Below, in pieces: positions 1-14,680 of a stretch of 64,000 nucleotides of DNA. Position 1 is the first letter of the stretch. Every line of letters begins with the position of its first letter. Position numbers and translations under genes: made by a program. The notes under the pieces are model-generated. The model ran no database searches. It was not told where the DNA came from and saw only the letters and a list, made by a program, of their open reading frames with translations. This stretch comes from Octopus vulgaris. Its lineage: Eukaryota. Location of the stretch: positions 16,368,001 to 16,432,000 of the forward strand of contig OX597826.1 in NCBI GenBank assembly GCA_951406725.2, in the 5' to 3' direction.

Positions 1-39
1 ACATCGTACCGAAGTCACCACCACAAAGCAGGCGCAGAC

Positions 40-570
40 AGAATATAACTACTCTGCTGAGAAGGAGGCCGTGACCTGATAAAGATAGAACACAACTATA
101 AAATAACAACAGTTGGACTAACAAATAACCATGAAAAAAAGAGTGGAAGACTACTGCATTTAGTAAAACTGCATGAGAACAAGAAAACAAAATACAAATG
201 AGAATGCACTCACCTCAGATGAAAACAGAAATGGTCAGAGCGACAAAAAACATGCAAACTGAATTACACAAGATACTGAGGAAATGGCCAATACCCTGTA
301 AGGCTTGACAGAGAAGAAATGAGCATATATATATAAGTCAACAATGGCTTCAAAAGCTCTGGACTAAAAACCCGAAACGCAAGGACTGATTCTTGCTGCA
401 TAATACCAATGCCTGACTACAGAATACGTAGAATGTGCAACCAACCCAATGAGATATTTGACCACATTATCTTGGGTTGCCCAGTTCTTGCCAAGTCTCA
501 ATCTGTATACAGGCATACCAAAGTAAGCAGTTTTATCAACCGGATAATATGCCAATATTACAACATCAAA
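40..570 (+). mobile_element. Decayed 3' fragment of an RLE-type (R4/Dong-like) non-LTR retrotransposon
   Basis: Broken frames read EGGR.LIKIEHNYKITTVGL, ETQGLILAA and the CCHC-knuckle region RMCNQPNEIFDHIILGCPVLAK..YRH. Confidence 0.7.
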
Positions 571-599
571 ACTGATGTTGTATTGTTTTAAAGGACACC

Positions 600-1240
600 A
601 CGCAAGTACAGGAGCAGTAACATTACACTTAACCAGAAAGGAATGTGGAAGAGGGTTAATATCAGAAGACGGCGTGGAGATAGCTAAAATAGATATCGAA
701 TCCTTTGTAGGTATTACTGAAGAAAGTTTATCAAGAGCTGCGAGATCACAGCATGACATAAGAATGCCAAAAAGCCAAACCGAATTAAAAACAGACAAAA
801 GAACAAAAGTTATCTGACTGGCAGGAGAAGGCTTTTCATGATAGATTCTCAAAGATAGTTGCAGTAAATAGTAGTGGTGAGACATGGTTATGGTCCCAGG
901 AATAAAAGCTGAAAAGGAGACACAAAGTATGTTAGTAGCAGCACAAGTTAAAGTATTAAGGACTCATTGGATAAAAGCCAAAATAGGCAAAAACCAAGCA
1001 GTTGCCCAATGTAGGTTATTCAAACCAAAAGAGGTAAGTGTTATTGAGTTACAGGAAATGATAATTCAATCTATGGAGTGTAATCCAATTGGAGTTATGT
1101 AGAAAGCTGGAATTTGACTGGACTAACAAATCGTATGAATATGACTGTAGTAAATTACTAGATAGTCAGATGTGGATATGACGTTATGAAGAGTATAACC
1201 CAAACAAATATTTGGATATGGTTATCTAGAATAACCTTTT
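600..1240 (+). mobile_element. Second decayed R4/Dong-like LINE fragment, same family as 40400-44045
   Basis: LHLTRKECGRGLISED and ETQSMLVAAQVKVLRTHWIKAKI..CRL. The DNA closely matches 42915-43480 (e.g. ggaagagggttaatatcagaaga). Confidence 0.75.
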
Positions 1241-1252
1241 GCAGAATTAACA

Positions 1253-1462
1253 TGTTTACACATCGTATTCCCTACTACTCCAAACGTAGTTCCGATATCA
1301 AAATAACTCAATAACCAATACGGACGATCAATGCTGTCAACTCTGCAGCTGTCAACTGTACCGCTGCAAAAAAGTATCGCTCTCAGCTACCGACACTATC
1401 TATTTTATTGAAATGTGTTAATCCACTTTCAGTCACGTGGGGCTGGTGAGGATTCATCCACA
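1253..1462 (-). repeat. Candidate 3' LTR of the gypsy remnant
   Basis: On the minus strand it starts TGTGG after a purine-rich tract (aaaaaaatgtgaga), contains AATAAA and ends ..TAAACA. No second copy is present to confirm it. Confidence 0.4.
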
Positions 1463-2906
1463 TCTCACATTTTTTAGATTTAACCTCCTTCCAGAAGTTG
1501 ATATCTCTCACCCTTAGGGTCTAATTCCAGTATTTTCGTTCTTTTCTTTTTCTCGTATTTGAACGTGTAGTTTCAATTTGTGTGAGTGCTGGTACCCAAA
1601 AGTGTCATAAAAATCTTCCATGGGAATTTCATCTCACGTGCCCGTTTCTTCCGTAAATCATGTTTATGTTGGTTTATATGTCTTTTATTTTTTACCGAGA
1701 ATTTTTCCAATTTGTTTAATAATTACACCCACTTCGCAGATTTCTTTACTACCATAACTCTACGTTTTAAAACAATCTTTCTCGCCTATTCTGAAAATTT
1801 TTGAATTATCTTTATTGTTCACCATTTTTATTTCACTCGGTAACGACGTCTCAAAGACGGATCTAATATTTCTAACGGACATTAATCCCTTTGGTGAGAT
1901 TTTAGACGCCGTATTAAAATTAAGTGTTAGTCAGTACACTCTTGGAAATTGCTGCAATGTTAAACCATCCATTACTACATTGTTCACTTTTTTAAAAACC
2001 ATCTTAAAAATATTCAGAAAACACTCCACTTGTCCACTTGACGTTGGAAGATACAGTGAACTGGTCATATGCTCGATAACAAACATTTTACAAAATTTTC
2101 TAAACTCGGAGGAAAACCATATCTGGCGCACAAATTGTGTCAAAAACCTACTGTAAGAGCGGATGCCAGTTTTTTACACTTATGCACTTGAGGCCAATTA
2201 GAAAAACTGTCCACCACAATAAGGTACTCAACATATAGTCTGGACCATGGGTTATTTGTTTTTGGCCACGGTTGCAATTTTGAGGTAAGTGATTTTGCAG
2301 CTAAGTTACAACCTCTGCATGCTTTCATTAGCTCTTCCATGTCTTCATTCTTGGCCAATGCCCATAAATTCCCATTAACGATTTCATTTTCGATATCCCT
2401 GTGTGACCAATGTGAATTTCCTTTAGTAACCGCTTCTGTAGTGTGCCAGGTAATAAGACTCTTAGTCTTTGTGTATTGTCATAAGTTGAGAACAGGTTCA
2501 AATTTGTGTCGCGTTTAGCAAAACCCATTTTAGAAATATCTTTTAGTCCTCATCACTTCTTTCGTTTTTTAAACAACTTCATCGTTGTCCTCTTGTAATT
2601 TTATGTCTTGCAATCTAACTGGTAATTTGCGTATGAAATTACATAAATCATTTTTAATTTCATTTTCCGCTGACAACGCTGCAATCACGGTATCCTCAAA
2701 CAGTTCAGTATCTTTCGCTACCAATCTTGATAAGCAATCAGTCTATCGTAATTTCTTAAATGGTGTAAACTCCACTTTAAAAAAATTGTTTAGTAATATA
2801 ATACCCCAACATTGCAGCCTATTAGCAGTATGGGTGGGGATTCCTTTCTTCGACTTATATATAGACAATAACAGACGATGATTAGTCTGCAGTCGGAAAT
2901 TTCTAT

Positions 2907-2908
<2 letters not shown>
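1253..2908 (-). mobile_element. Ty3/gypsy LTR retrotransposon remnant (RNase H end, integrase, probable 3' LTR)
   Basis: Minus frames give FRLQTNHRLLLSIYKSKKGIPTHTANRLQCW (RNase H end), LLKEIHIGHTGISKMKSL..HWP and CRGC (HHCC), LQPWPKTNNPWSRL..LIVVDSFSNWP and SSEFRKFCK...PTSSGQVE (integrase core). Frameshifted. Confidence 0.85.
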
Positions 2909-2966
<58 letters not shown>

Positions 2967-2972
2967 TAATAG
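2909..2972. repeat. (AAT)n microsatellite at the truncation point of the gypsy remnant
   Basis: Direct reading. Confidence 0.95.
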
Positions 2973-5900
2973 TAATTGGATAGAATAATAGTAATTGGAT
3001 AGAATAAAGACGTGGTACGTGCAAACTGTAGGAGGCATAGAGAGTCGTAAGGCAAATATACCAAGGGATGTATTGACCTAATGTAACGATAAACTTGAAC
3101 ATCAAATACCGGATAGTTGTTGTGAATAAAGAAGGCAAGCTGTCGTTATTGAAAGTAAATGCTATAGCTGTTGTTGGGAAAGGAGGGGATGAAGGAAGGA
3201 ACTGAAGGGGATGAAGAAAAGAACAGGAGGGGAGAGAAGGAGGGGATGGTAAGTGGAGGAGGGGAAGTGAGGGAGATGAAGGAAGCAACAGGTAGGGTCA
3301 TGGAAGGATGGGAAACCAATAAGTGTCTCGTGATTTTACACAATTACTTGGAGAGCATTGAAGATACTAATCGAATTCAGCACAATATTGTATTCGACAA
3401 TATTAGAGAAGAAATGTATGATTACTGTGATGGAAACTCCAATTATATTTATTCTTCTGAGCCAAGAAATTTATAAGATTTTGTATTAAACTATCACATA
3501 CAATAATCTGAAATTTAGTTAAAGTTACCAATATATTTGATTTACGATGAAGGCAATCTGATAAATCTCCTAACAAATTATCGCCAAATTTAAATAACGT
3601 GTAAAGCTCCACCCGTCTAAAGTAAATATTCAGAAATTCGAAATCCAAAGATTTCGATATTGATAAGTGAATTCTGTGCTTAGACGATAAAGCAATTTTA
3701 CATTAGTCTTTAACTTGACAAGAAGGGCATAGGATATTGAAGTTTCTTCGATTAGTTTCACCGGAAACTTTTCCCCATTTACAAACATTATGATTTTCGT
3801 GCGTTATCTGATGCTTCGTTAATAACATAATGCTAGTTCTTTATATACTGCTTCTCGAAATTTAATCACAGTGATATATTTCTTAGTGCAATCAAAATGC
3901 TTCCAGATTGGAAATTTGAACATAAAAGCTGTGTGTTCTATATTTACCCACGAAGTAATGATACATAATTTAAGACGGTAACCATATTAAGAGTAATATC
4001 TTAAACATGATCAAAGTATTTAGTAGATAGAACATTAAACAATCTATTTAAAATTATGTAATGAGGGAAAACATTAGGTGCCAATGACCACCTAAAAATT
4101 TGCTCGTGGGAAGCATCTAATGCAATAATCTTAATTCAATGAAATATGGATTGAATGATTGCTAGAAACCAAATGGAAATATAAATCCCATCTTTCAAAC
4201 ATGAAGGGCATTAATCAAATAAATTATAGTAAGTGAATATTCCTTGAGAAGAATCGCTACGTATGTCTTTTTCAAATTCAGGTAAGGTATGTTCATGTTC
4301 TATCTGGAGACATGGTAGAGTTACACAGAAGGTGCACGCATCGGTCATGCTTGAATTTCTGATAGGAATGATAGGAATTGTGATTACGTTTCTCGGCATA
4401 TACATACACACGCTCTCTTGCTCTTTCTCACACACAAACAAAAATTTCATTTCAATCACATATTGGTATCTATAAAAATAGTGAATATATGTGGATAAAT
4501 CGATAAAGTTTGCGAAAATTATCTGAATAGAATTTATTTGAATACTATATTCTATATCCATACATATACTACAAGAAGGTAGTTATGCGCCTGTTTGGCT
4601 AATCTGTTATTTTCTCTTAATTCACTTTCCTTTAAACAAACACTGACCTCTCTTGAATTTGTTGCTGCCACCAAAACGTCTAAATAAATCTGAATACAAA
4701 ACAATGGCAATTAAAACTCTTTAATACCCAGCTTTATGTGCATGACTGTTAGTTTGGTCAATAACGTAATTACTATACGAATCAACTGGCTCAAATACCT
4801 CACTTGAACTTTTCTTCCGATGGCTATGCTTTTGTCTCCTTTTAAACGGTTTATCTCCACAATCCAATAATCTACTGCTGTTACAAGATTATTAATAGCA
4901 TTAATCTCAGAAATCTTCTACCTCCGATCTCACATTCTATGGAAATAAAACTACTTCGAGCACTAATTCACATTTCCTAGATGCAGTTTACTCCTTAATA
5001 AAAGTTAGTACTTATTTCAATATAATTCTGCCTTAAGGCCTGAGAAAGTATCATAATAATATTAGTACAATAAATTAAGACTCCACACTTTGAGAGAAAA
5101 AGGAAAATATGGAACTCCGGAAATTTCTTCATTATAGTCTTGGAATAGAGATTTTAAATATATTTACTTAACTTGTTCATTGATCTGCATAATTAACGAT
5201 TTGATATTTATATAATTCATTTGTTCTACGGAAATTTAATAATTCACTAAATAGCTCCTACCTGATTACAAATACATTCGTAATTGCACCTTCCGTTTCG
5301 CTGTTCTTCATTTAGCTAATAATAATTTGTTTCCTGACAGTGTGATGTGAAAACTAATAAATTCTTTAGAAAATATAATGGTTTGGAGGATAAATGTCTG
5401 CTGAGAACTACGTAGTAATTAAAAATAATTAATGAATACAATGTGTATTATATCGCTACGATATACCTTTCTGAAACAAATTAACAAAGTTGTATTGAAC
5501 GATGAGTTAAATGTTAAGTTAATATGCTGGTATGTATGGAGGTGGCTACCATTGTATAAGAAAGATAGTGGTCAATTGAACAGAGAACAAGATTCCATGC
5601 AAATTCAAAATAACGTTACTTCACTCGTGCTACTAATGTCCTTGAGAATACCATTATGCATGCATTTTCATATTCATTTCCATTAAAATCTCACTCCCCA
5701 GATATCCTTAGATAGTTTTATTCCTTTATTGCACATCTGGAAAATATTTTCTGAATGATTTATTATGAAAATTATACTATGTATTTCTGCATGTTATTGA
5801 AATGAACAGTAGCATGACGTGAAGGATAATACAATTTACAATGATTGGCTACAGTGATTCGAAATGAGCAAACTGCAATACCATACTTAAGAGAAAAGTC

Positions 5901-6237
5901 GAAAAGTTTTGATGGAAGAAGAGAGTTGCCTGTAGAATATGCCTAACACCACTATCAGGACGATGGGATTTCTTCATTAAGCAATTTATCGCATATCAGT
6001 CTAAAACCCGAAAATGCTGTAGAACATTTATTCGAGCACACACTTAAAGTTACTTGAATGAATCTAGTGTAATAACTTGAAACAATTATATTAATATATA
6101 AACTACTGAAAATCAAAAGTAAAATAACCAAATCTAGAATCACTAAATTGGAATTTAATGTTTACTAAAAATATCTTGACTTGCAAAAAGCACTATATTG
6201 AATAACTTGATTATTTATTTAATTATGAACCGATGCT

Positions 6238-6447
<210 letters not shown>

Positions 6448-7022
6448 TAGTTGATAATTTAAGATTTTTTCAAATCCCCCTCCTCCATTCAGAACCGATT
6501 TTGGCATTTCCTTTCCCCTTCACTGTTAAAAACGATGGGAGAACAGATGAAATTTTTAAGACGAAATATCGTTGAAAGTCGCCATCATCATTTTAATCGT
6601 CACTTCCTGTAATTTCAAACAAACAATGAAACGTAATTTAAAGACAATAGTGAAATATTGTCCCTCCATAATCCGTAAAATTTTGGCGTTTTTTTTTCAA
6701 AATCTGATTTGTATTAATAATTTTTAAATATTGGGTATCCGAATCTGCAATTTATTTCTCTTAATAATTTTCTTTTTTAATTCTGGCGAAAGAGTGTGTC
6801 ATTTAATTCAGAGCTAAATTTTGTTTCTAGCATCATTAATGACCACTTGGTGTCTTACTCATTTCTTTGTCACTCTGATATTTTTAGATATTTTTATCCT
6901 CATAAACACATTTTGTGAGATAGTGAGGCGCCGGTCATTGTTGGTAAGTAAGCATCAGCAACATAAAAAATGTAATTTAAAGCTTTAACCTACCACACCA
7001 CATCAAGCGAGCGCGCGCGCGT

Positions 7023-7059
<37 letters not shown>

Positions 7060-9017
7060 TGTGTGTTTGTGTGTGTGTGTGTTTTCGTGTGTAAGAAAAT
7101 ACATTTACTCTCAGAAAAGTATGGTACTAAAATAAAATATCGTTTCCATACCTCTTTTAAATCGCACGCCGCTCTATTGAAATTCCTTATACACATGTTT
7201 ACACTCACTAGAAAACACCATACATACGTACATACTGACAGATACACACATACGCAGCATAAGCGATGTGTGTACTTTTATTGGGAGTGAGAGAGTCTGG
7301 TAAAAACCCATATATAGAGAGTAAGTTTACCACGAGAAAAGTGAAAAATTAAAGAGAGAGAAAGCGAGGGGAGAGAAAGGGAATGAGAGAGAGGTGGAGA
7401 GAGAGATGTTTTCTATTTCTATCACAAATTTTGAAATTTTGAAGTTATATAAGTAATTTTTCATGCTGAAACCGAGTTACGGGATTCGTTTATTCCAGAA
7501 AAAAATTAGAGCAATGTTACAGATGTTTAAAGTTCGATCATTTGTAGCCAATCACAAAACAGCATTTCTGCTTAATAATTGTCATCAAATGACCATAATT
7601 GTCAGAAAAGAAGATGAGGTTTTAAACAAAATGAAAGCAACGCGTAAGAAGTAATGCATATAAAAATAGAGTGAGTGTCAATGAGTAGAGTAAATATACA
7701 TACATGGTGGTGAAACATAGAGGCTGGGAGAGTTGTCGATGTAGAAGATATTACTCTGAGAAATCTATGTTTTTTATAATTATTTATAGAGAACCATTAT
7801 TTTGGGATGTAAATTACGAAAATCAAATTTGTTTTTCCAAAGATGCACTTTTCCTGGGCGAAACACACACACATAACCACGTGGCTCAGCGTTTATATAG
7901 TATACACTCTCCCCCATGCACACACACACATGAGATATTGATTAATTGAAGTGCTAAGTATTAGCTTAACAGAAAGTTGTAGTAACGTAGTTTTCGTTGA
8001 ACAATAACGCTTCTCACGTTAAAAAAATGTAAAATAATAAACATTGAAATTTTTAAATATGCCTACGTTTTTCATGTACGTTTGTTTAAATGTAGGAAGT
8101 CAAATATATTATTTTATGTCAATGAAACAAGAAAAATGAGAGCACATCCGAACACTATGCCATAGAAATAGCTTCATACACATATGTTGTGATCGTATGA
8201 TCTCATAGAAAACTACCGATAGAAAAATGAAGCCTTTGAGTATAACGTTTTATATAATTTACGCATGACAGGCAATATTGATGACGAGGATAACGGCATT
8301 TCTTACATGAAATAATTCTAAAACAAGAGTCCACCCGAGAATGATGTAAATGAGTACAACTTTAATTGTAGGAAACGTGAAATTATGTTATAATTACACG
8401 TAAAATACGAAATATTTTGTTGAGCAAAAAAATCTAACGAAAGCGGCTTTGTCTCTAATTGTTTTTATCTTGTATGCCATTAAACTGGTTATCGAAATCA
8501 ATGATTGCATATCCGTTTTGTCTAATTAAATTTAAATGGAACATAATGACGTTTAACTGCATTAATTGCATGTATAATTTTCTGTGATTGTTTTCAAAAT
8601 TATCCATATTCAATTACTTGCGTGTTGTGAAGGTACCTGTTCATGCCAATTTTTCAACAGGAACCACTTCAGTTTAATAATTACCACTTCCATCAAATGC
8701 AAACAATATTCATATTTTTTTCTACGTAAGAAATATATTTAGTAGTAGATCAACCAGTTAGAGTAGAATTATTACCACACACATACCAGAATAAATGGTA
8801 AAATTGTTAGATATGGAATTCCTGTTTAAGATGATGGAATGCATTATTAGTGCGAATTGGCTGCACTTTCTAAGAAAACAACCGTTGACAAAATGGGCTT
8901 GCGTTTTGGTTTCTGAAAGGTGCATTGACAGAAGTGCCATTACTTTGGCCTCGTCACAGTAAATTTGTTCCACAAGATTGTCGAACTCTCCATTTTAACA
9001 AGAACAAAATTAATATC

Positions 9018-9414
9018 CCTTTCTACTCTAGGCACAAGGACCGAAATTTTGGCGGGAGGGGGCCAGTTGATTAGATCAAACCCAGTACGTAACTGGTACT
9101 TAATTTATCGGTCCCGAAAGGATGAAAGTCAAAGGCGACCTCGGCGGAATTTGAACTCAGAACGTAAAGACACACGAAATACCTATTTCTTTACTATCCA
9201 CAAGGGGCTAAACACAGAGAGGACAAACAAGGATAGACAAACGGATAAGTCGATTATATGTACCCCAGTGTGTAACTGGTACCTAATTTATCGACCCCGA
9301 AAAGATGAGAGGCAAAGTGGTCCTCGGCGGAGTTTGAACTCACAACTTAACGGCAGACGAAATACGGCTACGCATTTCGCCTGGCGTGCTAATGTTTCTG
9401 CCAGTTCACCGCTT
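9018..9414 (-). mobile_element. Dimeric tRNA-derived SINE with Meta-like central domain (family A)
   Basis: Head with A/B-box-like motifs (ctggcagaaac..ttagc; gagttcaaa), two copies of the cttttcatc(c)tttcggggtcgataaattaagtaccag-type core, and a 17-bp TSD agaacaaaatt(a/g)atatc at 9001-9017 and 9415-9431. Confidence 0.9.
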
Positions 9415-10578
9415 AGAACAAAATTGATATCGCGCTAAATAAAAATTTTTAAAAACACAAGTAGACTAAATAGTATACATTTGTAAATATTGGGAAAAGT
9501 TCTGGTTTCAATAACGAATGTATTTGAACACATCTAAAATAGAGAAGAACTTCTCTGTTCACAGCTGTGAAGCTACTTGGTTTCAGAATTCTGTCTTTAA
9601 TGCTTTTATTCTTTTACTTGTTTTACTCGTAGCACTGCGGCCATACAGAGCACTGCTTTAAAGAGATTTGTCAAACAAATAAACCCCAGTACTGGCGCTT
9701 ATCTATCAGTATCTTTTGACGATCCGCAAAGTTACAGGTAGGTAAACCCATGATGTCACGCAGGAAAACTAAACCCAAAACCAGATGGATGAAAAGAGAG
9801 TTTCTTAACTTCGTAGCCACGAGATTCTCTCTCTTCCTTTTAGTTGTACAATTACTTTACATATCCATAAGAAATCATCTGTAGCCAACTATAATTACTG
9901 AGTTCAGTTATATATACACTGACATCTGTTTTTCATTTCCATATGTCATAATTTTCACTTCTTGTACATGCTGAGAAACATATGAATATCTTGTCTGTTT
10001 ATTTTCCTTCCGTGGCAAACAGTAATTCCATACCAATTTATAAAATAATTTTAATATAATGTGAACAAGATTAGCATGTTGAATACAGAACTCTTAAAAT
10101 TTCCTGATGGAGTAGATTTCTAGTATTTAGCACTCTTAAGCTTTTCTGGAAGCATAATATTGATTGTTTGAAATGTTTAGCTTTCGTACCTGCAGGGAAC
10201 TCAATACAATGGATACGCAAAGCTTTACATATATTTCTTTCGGATTTAATTTTATCACAATAGTGACTAAAATTGTATGTTAGTTTAAGATTCCATTAAA
10301 TGCATTTCCCGCCCATGGGTCTTTCAATTCCATTCAATATTGATATTACTTTATATTTCAGCACATTTTCTACTGTAAACATTTCGTGAGACATATATTT
10401 TCTAAACGTTATCTTCTGGTTATATTTCAGAATTCTATTGTGCAAAACCCTTTCTCTATACTTTAAGTCGACTGTATGAATATGAGTTGAGAATAGCCTC
10501 AGCGAATATCTGTGTGCATTAGTGTGCATCAGCGTAAACATATGTATATGTGCATTTTATCCGACTGGGATGTATGTA

Positions 10579-10625
<47 letters not shown>

Positions 10626-12399
10626 TGTTTGTGAAGGAGTGGCCAAGTGGTTACGGTGAAGCTCTCACAATCGTTAGATATGTGCTAAATTACTGAACCG
10701 GGCGGTGCGCTTTGTTCTACAGCAAAACACTTCATTTCAAGTTGCTCTACGCGTGGGAGGGTGGCAGAATAGTTGGCACGCTGGCAGAGTTGCTTTAGGT
10801 ATTTTTGATTCTAAATTTCCAGAGAATGAGGTTATATCTAATTTGCATAAGCTAAACTTTTCTTTCAATATTGCTCTGATCGTCAATTTTTGACACCCAA
10901 AAATAAAGTTGGTATCTATGGGGATTTACAAATCACAGATTTCGAAACGATCCCCACATAATGTATAGATTCGATGCACTATTCTGCACAATGGAAGGTA
11001 AGAAAGCCTTTGGTGTAAGCTATTTGAATATATTTACAGATTGACCAAACAGAAGAATCGCCAAAATTTCTAATAATAATACAACATTCTGTGTTTACGC
11101 GTAGAAACTATTCCTAACTGGGATTTCTGGGATGTGTGCTCTACTATAACGTCTCGTCCATCAAAAGCTTTTAAGCTTTCGTTGGCTTATCATTTCCAAT
11201 TAACTCTGAATCGATTAAAAAATGATAGGTTGAAACAGTAGTTTTTGAGTAGGAATCAATAAAATATCACACGACAAAGATACCGATGCTTTCAAACATT
11301 ACTGCGTCGAAATATGCAAACAACGTATTAGTATATGTTTCAAAATTCATTTGTTACCTCAAGTTCATTGAAAACATTAAAACTCGGATGCAATGTTTCA
11401 CCATTTTTACAAGATAATGACAAACGTTTCATGCGTTAAAATGACATGCGACTGTGATAACAAAGCTCACACGTTACACTAAAAATTTACCTCTCACTTT
11501 AGTAGTAGAAATTATGGCAATCCTGTTGGAACAACTGTATTACAACGGGAGCATACTGCTATATCTGTATCCAAAAGAAGAATACACTCTAAAAGGAAAT
11601 GTTTAATATATTTTGTCCTCATATATTTATTCAGTATCTCGAAAGATACGAATTAATAAACTATCGCAAGCTACTTATAAAAGAGGTTCTTCACGAATAA
11701 AATTTGTGAGAATATATGTCTCAGCACGCTTAGTAATGTATACAAGCACGTTGATATAAAAGTTCGAGGCAATATCAATATCTTGATCTATTATAAAAAC
11801 AACCGATCAAACCTAATTATCATTTTGACCATAGTGACACAAATGATTTTGTATCTCGATACGAAATATATTGAATTATTGATGAAAGTCTCGATGAGAT
11901 GTCCATTACCAATAAGAAGTCTGTATCAGCCATGAAGCCTGCTTTCGATATTTTTTTATTTGAATATTTGATCGGCTACAAAAGGCGGGAATAAGTATAT
12001 AATTTCAGTAAACATCCAAGAGAATATTTTAAAAAGAACATGGCATTTTTAATACTGTAATCCAAATTTCTCTGAACAGTTTTTTCGAAAATATTGCACA
12101 ATACAATTTAAGTAGATAAAGGGCATTGCGTTATGACCCAATGAAGTACCTGGATCAAAGATACTGCTACTAGAAGAAATTGCAATCTACAACAGTTTTG
12201 ATTGTTAAGCACATCGAGCATGTCTGCCAATTTATGAAATACTTTATGAAGTATTTATGAAGTATTTATGAAGACTGTGATGAATGAGGAAAACTTCTCG
12301 AATATCCCAACGGATTTTGAACAAGTCACCCGTTTCATTTTATCATAAAACTGGCACAGTTACCCAGCGTTACTCGGGGTTAAAATGGCAGAGATTTTT

Positions 12400-12600
12400 A
12401 TTGCTATACATGTTTCGTTCATGTGACGCCTGACATGCTGCAGCAGCGCCTTTAGTCGAGGAAATGGAACCCAGGATTTATTCTTTGTATGCGTAGTACT
12501 TATTCTGTCGGAGTGTTTAGCCAAATGGCTAAGGTGTGAGGACGGAAACACAGAAACATCAGTTGTCAAGCGATGGTAAGGGTACAAACACGTACTTACA
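12400..12600 (-). mobile_element. Decayed 3' half of SINE family B
   Basis: Similar to 13120-13310 (catgctg.agca..gcctttagtcgag..; catc.gttgtcaagc). Confidence 0.65.
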
Positions 12601-12628
12601 TATAAATATACGTAAAATATAGATACAT

Positions 12629-12695
<67 letters not shown>

Positions 12696-12859
12696 TTTAT
12701 ATATATATACACATATAAATATATATATATATATACATATATATACACATGTTTATATATACATGTATGTATTTATATACATGCATATAAATATACATGT
12801 ATATATATATATATATATAAACACATATATATAAACACATATATATATACGTATATATA

Positions 12860-12904
<45 letters not shown>

Positions 12905-12935
12905 ATATACAAATATATATATATATAAATTTATA
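12600..12935. repeat. Degenerate (TA)n-rich microsatellite
   Basis: Direct reading. Confidence 0.9.
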
Positions 12936-13024
12936 TTTTATTTATTACACTATTGTTTGACAGCGCTCTCGCGTCGATTCGATTCGATTCGTTCGCTTCG
13001 TTCCGTTCTTATTCTCCCAGTACT

Positions 13025-13092
<68 letters not shown>

Positions 13093-13094
<2 letters not shown>

Positions 13095-13510
13095 TCTTTC
13101 TCTCTTTTTTTACTCTTTTACTTGTTTCAGTCATTTGACTGCGGCCATGCTGGAGCACCACCTTTTAGTCGAGCAAATCGACCCCGGGACTTATTCTTTG
13201 TAAGCCCAGTACTTATTCTATCGCTCTCGTTTGCCGAACCGCTAAGTGACGGGGATATAAACACACCAGCATCGGTTGTCAAGCAATGCTAGGGGGACAA
13301 ACACAGACACACAAACACACACATACATATATATATATATATACATATATACGACAGGCTTCTTTCAGTTTCCGTGTACCAAATCCACTCACAAGGCATT
13401 GGTCGGCCCGGGGCTATAGCAGAAGACACTTGCCCAAGTGTCCACGCAGTGGGACTGAACCCGGAACCATGTGGTTGGTTAGCAAGCTACTTACCACACA
13501 GCCACTCCTG
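13093..13510 (-). mobile_element. Full-length tRNA-derived SINE, CORE-like (family B)
   Basis: On the minus strand: A box tggctgtgtgg, B box gggttcagtccc, a CORE-like cttgggcaagtgtctt, an internal TA/TG tract and a gtaaaagagtaaaa tail. Flanked by (TA)n. Confidence 0.9.
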
Positions 13511-13583
<73 letters not shown>

Positions 13584-14079
13584 TGTACATGCGTACATAT
13601 ATTTATACATATATATATATACACATATATTTTGTTTTGGGATTTGGTTTGCGAGATTCTTTATGTGATTTCATGTGTTGAATCATATACTGTTGTGTCT
13701 GGGGAGAGTCATAGGTTTGTTCTATGGAAACCTATGAAATTTTAAAGTATCGAAGTAACAACAATCTATTTAATAATCCTCTAGAGTTAGGATCATCTTG
13801 CATACATTGCACAACTAGAACATTTAAATACTTTAAATAAAAATTTGAGTATTCCTATATTTTCAAACTGTAACTTTTTAATATAATAATAATATGACAT
13901 ATACTATACTACCCTTTAATTTACTGTCATAGTCGACTAGAAAAAGCTTCACTGTAATCTTGAAATTGGAACTTTCCCTAAATCTAATCTAATTTAAAAA
14001 TTTAACGCTATTCCCCCAGTTATAAAATACGATACCTACTATAAATTAAGTGATTATTTTGTTTCCCTTACTCTTTGAA

Positions 14080-14589
14080 AAGAATTTAATGACCTCTCGA
14101 CACTGATCTAGTTTTCTTGTCACCACATAGAAAAATTGTATTTTTGTTCTAGTGACAACCTGAATTTCCTTTATGTATTCTGAATTCCTTCTCTTTCTAC
14201 AACTAACTTGAATCCCTTTAACGGTATTCTAAAACCTTCCCTTACCCAAATTCCTATAACTAAAAAAATTCTTATAGCAGTCAGTTGCAAGCAGAGTTTT
14301 GGTCAGTCAGCATCTGAACAACACAACCTCAGATGTTCCTAAGAATTTAATGAACTCTCGACACTGACCTAATTTTCTTGTCACCACATAGATAAATTGG
14401 CTTTTTGTTCTAGTGACAACCTGAATTTCCTTTATGTATTCTGAATTCCTCCTCTTTCTACAACTAACTTGAATCCCTTAGCTTCCCTTAACCTAATCCC
14501 TATAACTAAAAAAATTTCTTATAGCAGTCAGTTACAAGCAGAGTTTTGGTCAGTTAGCATCTGAACCACACAACCTCATATGTTCCTAA
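14080..14589 (+). repeat. Tandem duplication, two units of about 260 and 250 bp
   Basis: aagaatttaatga(c/a)ctctcgacactga...cacaacctca(g/t)atgttccta occurs at 14080-14340 and 14341-14589, nearly identical apart from a short deletion in copy 2. Confidence 0.95.
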
Positions 14590-14680
14590 AATTTATTTAT
14601 TTCTCTTTATCTGTATATTTGCCTTCCCTAAAATGTTATTACCTGATTTGAAAGCTTTTATATTATTGGAAAACCTATGT

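Noticed and set aside
2743-3476. Pro/Ser-rich and Glu/Gly-rich ORFs
   Set aside because: They arise from a low-complexity purine tract and (AAT)n fused to the gypsy RNase H remnant, not from a gene.
10930-10995. Possible small exon ending at GAAG|gtaaga
   Set aside because: The acceptor is weak, the peptide is unrecognisable and no partner exons were found. It cannot be supported without RNA data.
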